In this document: in pieces, positions 37,632 through 48,800 of the stretch | Numbering within the stretch: position 1 is the stretch's first letter | Layout: every line of letters starts with the position of its first letter | Source of the DNA: Candidatus Nomurabacteria bacterium | GTDB taxonomy: Bacteria; Patescibacteriota; Minisyncoccia; Phycocordibacterales; UBA9973 | Direction: 5' to 3' | DNA length: 64,000 bases | NCBI GenBank assembly: GCA_023267275.1 | Contig: JAHFNO010000006.1 | Span: 9,519-73,518, forward strand | Notes under the pieces: model-generated | Seen by the model: only the letters and a program-made list of their open reading frames with translations | What the model was told of the DNA's origin: nothing | Database searches by the model: none | Made by a program: the position numbers and the translations under genes

Positions 37632-40040
37632 ATGCCTGAGAAATCTAAAAAAACTACTAAATCTGCCAAGCCTGCCAAGGCAAAACGACTTGTTTTGCTT
37701 GATGCCCATGCCATCATTCACCGCGCCTATCATGCCATGCCTGAGTTTGCGAGTAGTAATGGTGAGCCCACGGGTGCCCTCTACGGCATTTGCTCTATGC
37801 TCATGAAGATAGTGACCGATCTCAAGCCCGACTATATTGTGGCGTGTTATGACCTTCCACAAAAGACCTTCCGTCATGAAGCCTATGAGGCATACAAAGG
37901 TACTCGTTCAAAAGCTGACGATGGGCTCGTTTCGCAAATAAAGCGTTCACGCAGTATTTTCGAAGCATTTAATATTCCCATGTATGACGTGCCTGGTTTT
38001 GAGGCCGATGATATTTTGGGTACGATTGTTGCGCAAACAAAAGCCGACAAGAACATCAACATTGTGATCGCTTCCGGCGATATGGACACACTGCAACTTG
38101 TGGACGACAAAAAAGTGCAGGTGTTTACTTTGAAAAAAGGATTGAACGATACCGTTATGTATGACGAAGATGCAGTCGTGGCACGCTTCGGTTTTTTACC
38201 GAAACTACTTCCTGACTACAAAGGACTTCGCGGTGATCCTTCCGACAACATTGTTGGTATTGCTGGCATTGGAGAAAAGACAGCTACCGATTTGATTGTG
38301 CAGTTTGGTTCAATCGAAGATTTATATAAAAAATTGAAAAAAGATGAGGCTGCAGTTTTGGCAGTGGTGAAGCCACGCATTGTCGAACTTTTGAAAAATG
38401 GGGAAGAGGAGGCACTCTTTTCAAAAACACTCGCCACGATTCGTCGCGATGCGCCAATCACATTTGAACTTCCAAAAAAAGAATTTATGGAAGGCGTGGA
38501 AGTAGAAAAAATCGAAGCCCTATTTCGTGAGCTCGAATTTCGTGGACTTACTCCACGCGTGCACACTATTTTTGGCAAATCAGAAGCTACCGAAGCAAAG
38601 GAACAAGAAGCGAATGAGATTATTGATCCTGAAGAATTGCGCAAACTCGCTATTGGACTTTGGTTGCTCAATTCTGACCTGACCAATATTGGCTACGGTG
38701 ATATTTCAAGTTATAAGGGTTCGAAAAATTTTGCCGAAGGGAAAGCAAAAATCCTCGCCGATATTAAAGAGCGAAATCTTACTTATGTGTATGAAGACAT
38801 TGAGCTTCCCATCTTGCCTGTCGTTGAATCGATGGAAAAGTACGGTATTAGCGTCGATGTGAAAAAGATGGAGAAACTATCGGTGGAAGGTCACAAAGAA
38901 CTTTCTGTTATTGAGAAAAAAATTTGGGGATATGCTGGACGTGAATTTAATATCAATTCTCCAAAACAGCTCGGTGAAATTTTGTTTGATGAACTCAAAG
39001 TAGGCGAAGGGTCAGGAGTCAAAATGAAGAAGACTGAAGGGGGAGCGCGCTCGACTCGTGAAAGCGAGCTCATGAAATTGCAGGGTATTCATCCGATCAT
39101 TGATGAGATTTTGCAGTATCGCGAACTTTCAAAATTGCTCTCTACCTATATTGATACATTGCCATCACTCGTTGCTCCCGATGGACGGCTCCATGCCACA
39201 TTCAACCAGGCGGGCACTACAACAGGACGATTCAATTCTTCAAATCCGAATTTACAGAATATTCCCGTGGGTGACGGTTTCGCCAAAGAAATCCGCGGAG
39301 CATTTATTGCTGCACCAGGACATACTTTTATTGCATTCGATTATTCGCAAATCGAATTGCGTGTTGCCGCGCTCATGTCTGGCGATGATTATTTGATTGA
39401 TACATTTGAGGCAGGCAAAGATATTCACTCCGCTGTGGCGTCGCGTGTGTTTGGAGTACCGGAAGACAAGGTGACACATGACATGCGTCGTAAGGCAAAG
39501 GTGATTAACTTCGGCATTTTGTATGGAATGGGTGTGACTGCACTGCAACAAAATCTCGGTACCGACAGAAAGGAAGCACAATCATTCCACGACAATTACT
39601 TTGCTAGTTTTCCTGCGATTGCTGGCTACATGGAGAGCACGACTGAATTTGCTAAAAAGAATGGGTATACTGAAACACTCTTTGGTCGTCGCCGTTATTT
39701 TCCATTACTGAAATCACCACTGCCATTTTTGCGTGCTGGTGCTGAGCGTCAGGCAGGGAACGCACCACTGCAGGGTACGGCAGCCGATTGTATCAAGATT
39801 GCCATCCGCGATGCCGACCAGGCACTTCGCAATGAAAACCTTATCGACAAAGCTCACCTTGTACTTCAGGTGCACGACGAGCTCGTGTTTGAGGTGGAAG
39901 AATCAGTCGTAGACAAAGTTTCTGTGCTTGTGGAGAATGCTATGAAAAATGTACTCCCACGAGAATTTTTGAAAGGCAAACGACCTGTGCCACTAGAAGT
40001 CCATGTCTCAGTGGGTAAAAACTGGGGTGAATTAAAGTAA
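37632..40040 (+). CDS. polA: DNA polymerase I (5'-3' exonuclease plus polymerase; 3'-5' exonuclease region largely deleted)
   Basis: LLDAHAIIHRAYHA, FEADD, GDPSDN, TTGRFNSSNPNLQNIP, DYSQIELR, KVINFGILYG, LQVHDEL. Confidence 0.98.
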   Translation: MPEKSKKTTKSAKPAKAKRLVLLDAHAIIHRAYHAMPEFASSNGEPTGALYGICSMLMKIVTDLKPDYIVACYDLPQKTFRHEAYEAYKGTRSKADDGLVSQIKRSRSIFEAFNIPMYDVPGFEADDILGTIVAQTKADKNINIVIASGDMDTLQLVDDKKVQVFTLKKGLNDTVMYDEDAVVARFGFLPKLLPDYKGLRGDPSDNIVGIAGIGEKTATDLIVQFGSIEDLYKKLKKDEAAVLAVVKPRIVELLKNGEEEALFSKTLATIRRDAPITFELPKKEFMEGVEVEKIEALFRELEFRGLTPRVHTIFGKSEATEAKEQEANEIIDPEELRKLAIGLWLLNSDLTNIGYGDISSYKGSKNFAEGKAKILADIKERNLTYVYEDIELPILPVVESMEKYGISVDVKKMEKLSVEGHKELSVIEKKIWGYAGREFNINSPKQLGEILFDELKVGEGSGVKMKKTEGGARSTRESELMKLQGIHPIIDEILQYRELSKLLSTYIDTLPSLVAPDGRLHATFNQAGTTTGRFNSSNPNLQNIPVGDGFAKEIRGAFIAAPGHTFIAFDYSQIELRVAALMSGDDYLIDTFEAGKDIHSAVASRVFGVPEDKVTHDMRRKAKVINFGILYGMGVTALQQNLGTDRKEAQSFHDNYFASFPAIAGYMESTTEFAKKNGYTETLFGRRRYFPLLKSPLPFLRAGAERQAGNAPLQGTAADCIKIAIRDADQALRNENLIDKAHLVLQVHDELVFEVEESVVDKVSVLVENAMKNVLPREFLKGKRPVPLEVHVSVGKNWGELK

Positions 40041-40047
40041 ATTCCTA

Positions 40048-40091
40048 AAAGCCCTTATTCGGTTGTCACTTGACAACCGAATAAGGGCTTT
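40048..40091. promoter_or_regulatory. Perfect 21-bp-arm palindrome overlapping the hsdM promoter
   Basis: aaagcccttattcggttgtca-ct-tgacaaccgaataagggcttt; TTGACA 40070-40075, TATTAT 40094-40099. Confidence 0.75.
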
Positions 40092-40105
40092 GATATTATT
40101 AGCTG

Positions 40106-41893
40106 ATGAATAATAATGACTATATTTCAACAACCGATCTTGCTCGCATACTAGGGGTTACCAGACAAGCCATTCAAAAAAAATTAAAGGGAGAAGATGA
40201 GCTAAAAACCAAAGAAGTTGGTACTGGTTTTTTATATCAAATTGGGAGTTTACCTCAATCTATTAGAGATAGAATAAAAACAGAACAAGAAACAGCCAAG
40301 GAAAAAGCAATTTCGAAAAAAATCGGTGATAACCATCATGATCTTAATTTTGAGAAAGAGCTTTGGGCAGCCGCAGACAAACTCCGTGGAAATATCGATG
40401 TTTCCGAATATAAAAATATTGTTCTCGGACTTCTTTTTTTAAAATATATTTCTGATTCATTTTACAAGCGTCGTGAAGAACTTGAAGTGATGACTCGTGA
40501 TACCAAAAATGAGGATTTTTATGTTCCAAATGATGAATCACGCAAGCAGATTCTTGAGACAAAAGATTTTTACACGAGCGTTGGAGTTTTTTATGTTCCT
40601 GAAAAATCCCGTTGGGAATATCTTCAAACAAAAATATTGAACCCAGAATTGGCAAAAATTCTTGATGGCGCGATGGATTTGATTGAACAAGATAATCGAG
40701 CCCAACTCGAGGGAGTTCTTCCGAAAGTGTATACAAAAACGACTCTTGATCACGCGGTGCTTGGCGAACTAGTTAATATTTTTTCTCGGATTTCTTTTGA
40801 TCACAATTTCGACAGAGAAAAAGATATCCTTGGTCGCATCTATGAATATTTCCTTGGGCAGTTTGCTTCATCCGAGGGAAAACGTGGAGGTGAGTTTTTT
40901 ACTCCACGATCAATCGTTAAACTACTCGTAGAAATTCTTGAACCATATGAAAACGCGCGTGTCTTAGATCCTGCTTGTGGTAGCGGAGGTATGTTTGTAT
41001 CTATGGGTGAATATTTACATACTCATAAAATGGATCCATCAAAACTTTCTATAAGCGGACAGGAAAGCAATCAAACTACGCTTCGTCTTGCGAAAATGAA
41101 TCTTGCAATTCGGGGGCTTTCGGGGAAAATTGAGCTGGGAAACACTTACTATCAGGATAAGTTTCCAAACCTTCAAGCTGATTTTGTGATTGCCAATCCT
41201 CCGTTTAATGGCGAATGGGAACCGTCAAAACTTTCAGATAATGACCCTCGTATTATTCTTGGCACTCCGCCGTCTGGTAATGCAAATTTTATGTGGGTGC
41301 AACATTTTGCTCATCACCTTGCTCCGAATGGTCAGGCAGGGTTTGTTATGCCGAATGGCGCGCTTGCAGTGTCAGGTAAAGAAGGAGATTTGCGAAAAAA
41401 ATTAATCGAGGCAGATTTGGTCGACGTAATCATTTCTTGTCCCGGAAAACTTTTTTATAACGTTTCGCTTCCAGTTTCTTTATGGTTTTTGGCAAAAAAT
41501 AAATCCGGCGACCGCTTTCGTAAACGAAAAGGGGAAACACTCTTTATTGATGCGCGCGACACCTTTGAACAAATTTCACGCAAGCAAGTTGTTTTTAATC
41601 CTAAAAATATTGAGAAAATTACAAATACTGTTCGCGCATGGCGAGGAGAAAAAGGTGCCGATAAGTATGAAAATATTGCCGGTTTTTGTAAATCTGCAGC
41701 TCTGAAGGAAATTGAAAAAAATGGGTATGTACTTACTCCCGGCCGATATGTTGGGCTTGCGGATGTCGAAGATGATGGAATTTCATTTGAAGAAAAAATG
41801 CAAAAGCTTTCCAGCGAACTTCGTGCCGCTTTTCTGAAGGGTCGAGATTTGGAAAAACAGATTGAAAATAATTTGAAAGAATTGGGATTTTAA
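40106..41893 (+). CDS. hsdM: Type I R-M methyltransferase with N-terminal HTH
   Basis: LWAAADKLRG, GEFFTPRSIV, DPACGSGG, ANPPF; N-terminal ISTTDLARILGVTRQAIQKK. Confidence 0.96.
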   Translation: MNNNDYISTTDLARILGVTRQAIQKKLKGEDELKTKEVGTGFLYQIGSLPQSIRDRIKTEQETAKEKAISKKIGDNHHDLNFEKELWAAADKLRGNIDVSEYKNIVLGLLFLKYISDSFYKRREELEVMTRDTKNEDFYVPNDESRKQILETKDFYTSVGVFYVPEKSRWEYLQTKILNPELAKILDGAMDLIEQDNRAQLEGVLPKVYTKTTLDHAVLGELVNIFSRISFDHNFDREKDILGRIYEYFLGQFASSEGKRGGEFFTPRSIVKLLVEILEPYENARVLDPACGSGGMFVSMGEYLHTHKMDPSKLSISGQESNQTTLRLAKMNLAIRGLSGKIELGNTYYQDKFPNLQADFVIANPPFNGEWEPSKLSDNDPRIILGTPPSGNANFMWVQHFAHHLAPNGQAGFVMPNGALAVSGKEGDLRKKLIEADLVDVIISCPGKLFYNVSLPVSLWFLAKNKSGDRFRKRKGETLFIDARDTFEQISRKQVVFNPKNIEKITNTVRAWRGEKGADKYENIAGFCKSAALKEIEKNGYVLTPGRYVGLADVEDDGISFEEKMQKLSSELRAAFLKGRDLEKQIENNLKELGF

Positions 41894-41897
41894 ATTT

Positions 41898-42563
41898 ATG
41901 GATTTGCAAGACTTAAAAAAGAAGTTTATCAAAGATGAGCTACAGATCACCGAAGATTACGGGAAGATTTTCGCTTTCATCGATTTCTCAAATGTAAATA
42001 AGTGGTTTCAAAACGACAACCAGGATTGGGAGAACAAACTACTTGCTCTCGATGAAAAGTTATCAATAGACTTAGAAAAACTAAAATTATTCGTGGATAT
42101 TTTTAGTGAGAGAGCTAGAATCTACTATGGAGAAAATCCTAAAAACCAAAAGTCTCTCAGTTTTACCTATGTTATGCGGAAAGTTTTTGGCAAGAGAGAT
42201 GTAATGACCAAAGACATTCAAAAAATTAGGCATTATTTTGAGACGGGCGAACATATTCCTGATAAATATGTTGAAACAGACGCAGATGGTAAAAAATTTA
42301 TAGAAATCAGAAAATCAAATTTTGATGTAGAGATTTCTGTAGATGCACTAAGGATGCTTGAACACTATGATACCTTCTGTATTTTTTCCGGAGATGCTGA
42401 TTTTGTGTATTTAAATAATTACTTAAAACGAAAAGGTAAGAAAGTGATTATAGTGAAGGGTGGATATATTTTGACAAAATTCAGAGAGTCGGCTGATTTA
42501 GTCGTAAATGCGCAGAATATTAAGAAGCATATTGCCAAGGTAGAAAAACAAAAACCTGACTAG
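41898..42563 (+). CDS. NYN domain (PIN-like, LabA/DUF88) predicted RNase
   Basis: FIDFSNV, KSNFDVEISVDA, FSGDADF acidic motifs. Confidence 0.88.
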   Translation: MDLQDLKKKFIKDELQITEDYGKIFAFIDFSNVNKWFQNDNQDWENKLLALDEKLSIDLEKLKLFVDIFSERARIYYGENPKNQKSLSFTYVMRKVFGKRDVMTKDIQKIRHYFETGEHIPDKYVETDADGKKFIEIRKSNFDVEISVDALRMLEHYDTFCIFSGDADFVYLNNYLKRKGKKVIIVKGGYILTKFRESADLVVNAQNIKKHIAKVEKQKPD

Positions 42564-42610
42564 GTCAGGTTTTTGTGGAAAGTCATCCCGAATTGACCTC
42601 GGGCAGGTAT
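42549..42610 (-). ncRNA. Candidate 60-nt small RNA convergent on the NYN gene
   Basis: Minus-strand TTGATT-17-TATACT (42645-42617) with extended TG, hairpin CCCGA/TCGGG, then terminator AAAAACCTGAC-CTA-GTCAGGTTTTT. Confidence 0.45.
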
Positions 42611-42667
42611 GGAAGGAGTATAACATTCACCACCCTCAAAATCAAGAGTTATCAACAGAACAAAAAT

Positions 42668-43912
42668 ATGAGCAAATTATTGGAACAAATAAAAAAAAAT
42701 AAAGAAACCAAGCGATTGGGGGATTTAGTTGTGATCAATCAATCGTCAATCACAAAGGATTTTCCGCATAAAGTCATTGAGTATATTGATACTTCTTCTG
42801 TGACACGAAATTCTTTTGATAAACCAGAAATTCTGAATATAAACGAAGCCCCGAGTCGAGCAAAACGATTGGTTAAAGACGGAGACACGATACTTTCTAC
42901 AGTAAGGCCCAGCCAGCATCATTATGGTTTTATCCGAGCTCCTAAACCAAACACAATTGTTTCAACAGGATTTGCTGTCCTGACTCCCCAAAACGATATT
43001 GATCCATTTTATTTATATTCATATTTAACTCAGGATTCAGTGACAAGTATTCTGAATGCGATAGCCGAAGCAACTACCACGACCTTCCCAGCATTTAGAC
43101 CTGAAGTTCTTTCAGATATGGAAATAGAAATTCCGGATCTACCAACTCAAAAGAAAATTGCAGAAATTTTGGGCGCTTATGACGCAAAGATTGAGAATAA
43201 CAATCAAATAATAAAAAATCTTGAATTGACGGCACAAACTATTTTCGATGAATGGTTTGTAAAATTTCGATTTCCTGGGCATGGGAAAGTGAAAATGGTT
43301 GAGAGTGAAATGGGGGAGATTCCTGAAGGGTGGGAAGTAAAGAAGGTTTCTGATGTTGCTCATCTTAACAAGGGTGTTTCTTATACATCAGCCGAAATAA
43401 ACACTGAGCATAAAGGTGCAGCGTTAATTAATCTAGGAAACTTTCTGAGAGGAGGAGGTTTTAATTCTGATGGAATAAAATATTACACAGGCGAATATAA
43501 ATCAACCCATATTGTAAAACCCGGACAAATTTTAATTGCTATGACTGATTTAACTTCCAACAGAGAAGTCATTGGTCATCCAGCTAGACTGCCTGAAAAT
43601 TTTAAGGAAGCTGTAATTTCTCTTGATGTCTGTTCTCTTAGCCCCGGAAAAGATATATATCTTGAATTTATCTACAATTCTATGCTGAAGAGAAGTTTTT
43701 CTAAATTGATGGCTAGTTGTGCGTCCGGAACAAATGTTTCTCATCTCAAGAAAGAAAACATTGAAGGATATGATCTAATATTTCCCGAGGAATCATTATT
43801 GGTTCAATTTAACAATTTTACGCAACCCGTTTTTACCAAACAAGCTATCTTAGAAGAAGAAAATCAAAGATTAAAACAGTCGAGAGATCAATTACTGGCA
43901 AAACTAATTTAA
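42668..43912 (+). CDS. hsdS: Type I R-M specificity subunit
   Basis: Two TRDs joined by PDLPTQKKIAEIL..YDAKIENN..LE..AQTIF..WFV and GEIPEGW; ends RDQLLAKLI. Confidence 0.95.
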   Translation: MSKLLEQIKKNKETKRLGDLVVINQSSITKDFPHKVIEYIDTSSVTRNSFDKPEILNINEAPSRAKRLVKDGDTILSTVRPSQHHYGFIRAPKPNTIVSTGFAVLTPQNDIDPFYLYSYLTQDSVTSILNAIAEATTTTFPAFRPEVLSDMEIEIPDLPTQKKIAEILGAYDAKIENNNQIIKNLELTAQTIFDEWFVKFRFPGHGKVKMVESEMGEIPEGWEVKKVSDVAHLNKGVSYTSAEINTEHKGAALINLGNFLRGGGFNSDGIKYYTGEYKSTHIVKPGQILIAMTDLTSNREVIGHPARLPENFKEAVISLDVCSLSPGKDIYLEFIYNSMLKRSFSKLMASCASGTNVSHLKKENIEGYDLIFPEESLLVQFNNFTQPVFTKQAILEEENQRLKQSRDQLLAKLI

Positions 43913-43917
43913 ATTTT

Positions 43918-44598
43918 ATGGATAAAACTAATTTAACTGAATTCCAACAATACTTATATGATCAACACAAGGAAACATCTGAAATGAGGTCAAAATTCGG
44001 GCGTGAATTCCTGACTATTTTTAGCAATGCCAATAAATCAAGGATTGAACTTTCTAAACATATCACCATGCTCACTGTTGGATTGCTTGCTGTGGGTGTT
44101 TTTTGGCAAACTGGAAGTTTATATGCGAAGGTTGGATTTGGTTTTGCGCTGATAACTATTGTTTTTACCGTATTCTTTCTACGCGAAAGAATTGATCAAG
44201 AGGGAAGAGAAGCTGTAACGATGATAAAGGTTTACAATGCGATGTTTGATAAATACCTTAGCATAATTCTCGCAGCAGTTAAAAAAGATAACCCCAAAGA
44301 ATATTTCCAAAACCTAAATAATTTTCTCGAGAAAGATCCTGATTTTTTGAACATTCAGAATAATTACGAAAGTAGTTTAATTAGAAACGAGATTCTTGAT
44401 TACGGTGGAGAAGTCGTGAATTTTCTATTTCTTTCTACACTAACATTCTATGTATTAGCTTTTTTATCAATCCAGTTTAATTTTATTTTGGTAGTATTAG
44501 TTATCACCCTTACTTTTTCATTTTCAGTATTTGAAACAGCAAGTTTTATTCTCCGACCTTTAAATAGATGGTTAAATAAAAATATATCTAGGAAATAA
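43918..44598 (+). CDS. Hypothetical membrane protein (about 4 TM)
   Basis: 226 aa, two hydrophobic hairpins; cargo in the R-M locus. Confidence 0.7.
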   Translation: MDKTNLTEFQQYLYDQHKETSEMRSKFGREFLTIFSNANKSRIELSKHITMLTVGLLAVGVFWQTGSLYAKVGFGFALITIVFTVFFLRERIDQEGREAVTMIKVYNAMFDKYLSIILAAVKKDNPKEYFQNLNNFLEKDPDFLNIQNNYESSLIRNEILDYGGEVVNFLFLSTLTFYVLAFLSIQFNFILVVLVITLTFSFSVFETASFILRPLNRWLNKNISRK

Positions 44599-44664
44599 TA
44601 TGAACCCCTCAACGAAAAAAACATAGCGGAAGAATCCCTCATCGACTGGCTGAAAGGTGAGGGG
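44599..44664 (+). pseudogene. Frameshifted duplicate of the first ~66 nt of hsdR
   Basis: Matches 45889-45955 except one missing C and one C/T change. Confidence 0.85.
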
Positions 44665-44754
44665 GGTGAATACTCAAAAACCAACTTTTAATATACCTTT
44701 ACTTATTAAAAGTTAAATGCTAAACTTTTAATATAAATAATCATATTATAACTT

Positions 44755-45885
44755 ATGCAACAAATATTTAAAGCAGGTATATATAGACAACAACTGGAAT
44801 ACAAGAGTTTCAGCCCTTTTCCTATCAATAAACAATTTGAGTGGACTGATAAGAAAATAAATATGCTTTCAGATGAGGCTATGCGTCTTTTGGGTGAACT
44901 TAATGCTTATTCCACACTCGTTCCTGATGTGAATTATTTTATAAAAATGCACATCGCAAAAGAAGCGACGAAATCAAGCCGAATTGAAGGTACAAAAACA
45001 AATATCGATGAAGTGCTTCTTTCTAAAGAAGATGTTGATCCTGAACGACGAGATGATTGGAAGGAGGTGCATAATTATATTGTAGCGATGAATCAGGCAA
45101 TAAAAGAACTCTCAACCCTACCACTTTCAATGCGTCTTTTGAAAAACGCTCATAAAATACTTTTAACACACGTGCGCGGAGAGCACAAAACCCCAGGGGA
45201 GATTCGCATCAGTCAAAATTGGATAGGTGGTTCAAGTCTAAAAGACGCGTTCTTTATACCACCTCATCCAAGTGAAGTTGGAGAACTTATTTCTGATCTT
45301 GAAAAATTTTGGCACAACAGAAATCTTGAAATTCCATTCCTAATAAAAATGGCAATAAGTCATTATCAGTTTGAGACAATTCACCCGTTCCTAGATGGCA
45401 ACGGAAGAATAGGACGACTGCTCATTACTTTGCAGTTAGTTGATAAAAAGATACTCCAGAGACCGACCTTGTATCTTTCCGATTTTTTTGAAAGAAACAA
45501 AGGTTCGTATTATGATTCGCTGACCCTTGTTCGTTCTTCTAACAATATAGAGCAATGGATTAAATTTTTTCTTTCAGGTGTAATTGAAACAGCCCATAAG
45601 GGTAAGGAAACATTTGAAAAAATAATCGTATTGCGCCAAAAATATGAGCAAAAAATCATGAAATTGGGTCGTCGAGCCGAACTCGGACAGCGGTTGCTAA
45701 TTAAACTCTTTTCTCAACCGATATTAAATGTAAATCAGATTGCAAAGGAATTGGATATTACATTTCCTACAGCATCGTCGCTTGTGGACGAGTTTGAGCA
45801 AAAAGGCATTCTAAAGGAAGTTACCGGTTTTTCAAGAAACCGTTCTTTTGAGTTGTTTGAGTATGTTGAATTGTTTAGGAATTAA
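44755..45885 (+). CDS. Fic family protein (Fic_N + Fic + C-terminal HTH)
   Basis: [29 protein letters not shown]. Confidence 0.95.
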   Translation: MQQIFKAGIYRQQLEYKSFSPFPINKQFEWTDKKINMLSDEAMRLLGELNAYSTLVPDVNYFIKMHIAKEATKSSRIEGTKTNIDEVLLSKEDVDPERRDDWKEVHNYIVAMNQAIKELSTLPLSMRLLKNAHKILLTHVRGEHKTPGEIRISQNWIGGSSLKDAFFIPPHPSEVGELISDLEKFWHNRNLEIPFLIKMAISHYQFETIHPFLDGNGRIGRLLITLQLVDKKILQRPTLYLSDFFERNKGSYYDSLTLVRSSNNIEQWIKFFLSGVIETAHKGKETFEKIIVLRQKYEQKIMKLGRRAELGQRLLIKLFSQPILNVNQIAKELDITFPTASSLVDEFEQKGILKEVTGFSRNRSFELFEYVELFRN

Positions 45886-45889
45886 TTAT

Positions 45890-48800
45890 ATGAACCCCCT
45901 CAACGAAAAAAACATAGCGGAAGAATCCCTCATCGACTGGCTGAAAGGCGAGGGGTATGAGTATGTAAAAGGTACAGATATCGCCCCGGGGCAGCCTCGT
46001 GCGGAGCGCGAGGATTTCCGGGGTGTGGTTTTAAAAGACCGCCTGCTTGGAGCTATTCGTAGGATCAATCCACAACTGCCTGCTGAACAGGCGGAACAAG
46101 TTGTTGTCGATATTGCCTCGTATCACAATGCTGATTTAATGCTCGGAAACAAGGAGATGTTTTCTTTTATTACAGAAGGAGTAAAAAGGACTTGGCAAGA
46201 ACAAGGAAATGAAAAAACAGAAATAGTAAAGTTGATTGATTTCGAGAATAAAGATGCGAATGAGTTCCTTGTAGTCAATCAATTTACGGTGCAGGGGGTT
46301 GACTCACTCGGTCGTCCCGATGTCGTTATTTTCATAAATGGATTGCCACTTGCGGTGTTCGAGCTGAAGAGCCCGGTACGACAAACCGCTGATATCCGTG
46401 AGGCATACAGAGATATTGAGGATTACAAAAAAGAAATACCGAAACTTTTTTTCTACAACCAGATTGTAGCGATTTCGGATTTATTCCACGCGCATCATGG
46501 AACGATCTCATCTTCGTGGGAACGTTATGGCACATGGAAGGGAATAAAAAATGAAACTGATGTTCCGAAAGATACAGAGGAACTCGAAGTGTTATTGAAA
46601 GGGCTTTTCAATAAGGAGCGGCTTTTGGATGTGATCGAAAACTTTATTGTTTTTGAAGCAAGTGGTGATGGTGATGCCGTAACATATACAAAAAAGATGT
46701 GTTTGTATCATCAGTATTATGGTGTCAATAAAACAATTGAGAGTACGATTCGCTCAGTTCTCGGCAAGCAAGATAGAAAAATCGGCGTATTTTGGCACAC
46801 ACAAGGATCAGGCAAATCGCTCTCAATGGTTTTTTATGTGAACAAAACAAAAAATATACCTGAGCTCAAAAGTCCGGCGTATGTGTTTTTGACTGATCGT
46901 GAAGATTTAGACGACCAGTTGTTTAAGACATTCAATCACACCGGATATGGAACTCTAGCCAAGAAGGCCTCAAGCATCAAAGATTTGCGCAGTCGACTTA
47001 CGTATATTGGCGGGGAACTTATTTTCACGACAATTCAAAAGTTTCAAGAAGATCCTGACGCGCATGAGGCCTTGAGTTTGCGCGAGAACATTATTGTTTT
47101 GGCCGACGAAGCGCACCGCACGCAGTATAGCAATCTGGCAGGCAATGTTCGTCTTGCACTGCCGAATGCGAGTTTTTTGGGAGTCACAGGTACGCCGATT
47201 GCTCGGAATGACAAAGATACAGTACGGGTGTTTGGCCCAGTTGTGAGTTCGTATAAGATCAGTCAATCAGTCAAAGACAAATCAACCGTGCCAATTTATT
47301 ACGAGGGGCGGCTTGTGCCACTCCATCTCGCTGATCAATTAATCGACAGCAAATTCGACGCGGTTCTCGGTGAAGTTGTGCCGGATGATAACGCACGAAT
47401 GCGTAAGGAGTATGCAGTGCTTGAGGAAGTCGTGGGCGCACCGAGCCGAATAGAGAAAATCGCACAGGATGTCATACATCATTTTAATAATCATCCAATT
47501 GAAGGTAAGGCCATGATTGTGACGATGAGCCGCCGAATCGCGGTGCTTATGTATGAGGCCATCCAAAAGATACCTAGTGTTCCAGAAGTGGCAGTCGTGA
47601 TTTCAAACAACGATGAATATAGTTCAAGAATTCAAAAGGAACATAATATAAAAACTTTAGAGCGAAGGTTTAAAGATGACAAAGATCCGCTCAAAATCGC
47701 CATTCTTTGTGATATGTGGCTCACCGGTTTTGACGTTCCGTGTATGCATACACTGTATCTCGATAAGCCTCTCAAAAATCATGGCTTGATGCAGGCGATA
47801 GCTCGCGTGAATCGAGTGTATAAAGACAAGCCAGGAGGTTTGGTTGTGGACTATATTGGTATTGCAGAGAATTTGAAAAAAGCACTTGCGTGGTATGACT
47901 CCGACATACAAAATGATGCGCTTGTTCCTATTTCCGAAGTTGTAGAGCAAATGAATATTCTCCGTGATCAAGTCACCAAATTTTTCGGGAAACTCGACTA
48001 TACTGCATGGAAGAAACTAAAAGGTATTGAGCTTGTCACAATTATGCAGGCAGGAATGAATGAGGTCATCACTCAAGGTGGCATATTAAATGACGAACAG
48101 AAGATGAAATACATGGGTACAGTTTCTAAGCTTTCAAAATTACACGCACTTGTAATGCCGGGGGATGAAGCTATGAAAATAATATCGGATCTCCAATTTT
48201 TTCAGGCTATACGAGAGGCAATTCGCAAACAAACTGTTTTGCCGCATGCGATATTCCCTGAAGAAACGGAAAGCGCGATTCGTAGCCTGATGCATAATTC
48301 AATTCAGGCTGAGGGCATCGTTGATCTTTTTAGCGTCCCAGGAGAAGAGAAGAAAAGTATTTCGATATTTGATGAGAAGTTTATTGAAGGTATCCGAAAA
48401 TCACACTACCAGAATTTTGCAGTCGATTCTGTGCGAAAATTGCTCGATCAGGAAATACGATCACGAATGCGATTGAATAATGCTCGATACGAAACAATGC
48501 TCTCGCTTCTTGAGGGTTTGATTGAAAAATATGAGAACAATGTAATTAGTTCTGCTGAAATTATAAAGCAGTTGCTTGAAATTGCAGATGGTATTAAAAA
48601 GCTAGATCAAGAAAGTAAGGAAACAGGACTCTCGAATGAAGAAATTGTTTTTTATGATTCTTTAGCCACCGACCCTGATCTAAAAAAAGCCGGAATTGAT
48701 ATTAAAGAATTTGTAAAGGAATTAACAAGGCGTATTCGACGTGATTTGGCAATCGATTGGACAAACAATGAAACAATCAAAGCTCGTATTCGTCAGAATG

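Noticed and set aside
42575-42610. Type III-style H-type pseudoknot in the NYN-associated RNA
   Set aside because: The loop GUCA could pair with downstream UGAC, but the connecting loop is only 1 nt; treated as alternative hairpins instead.
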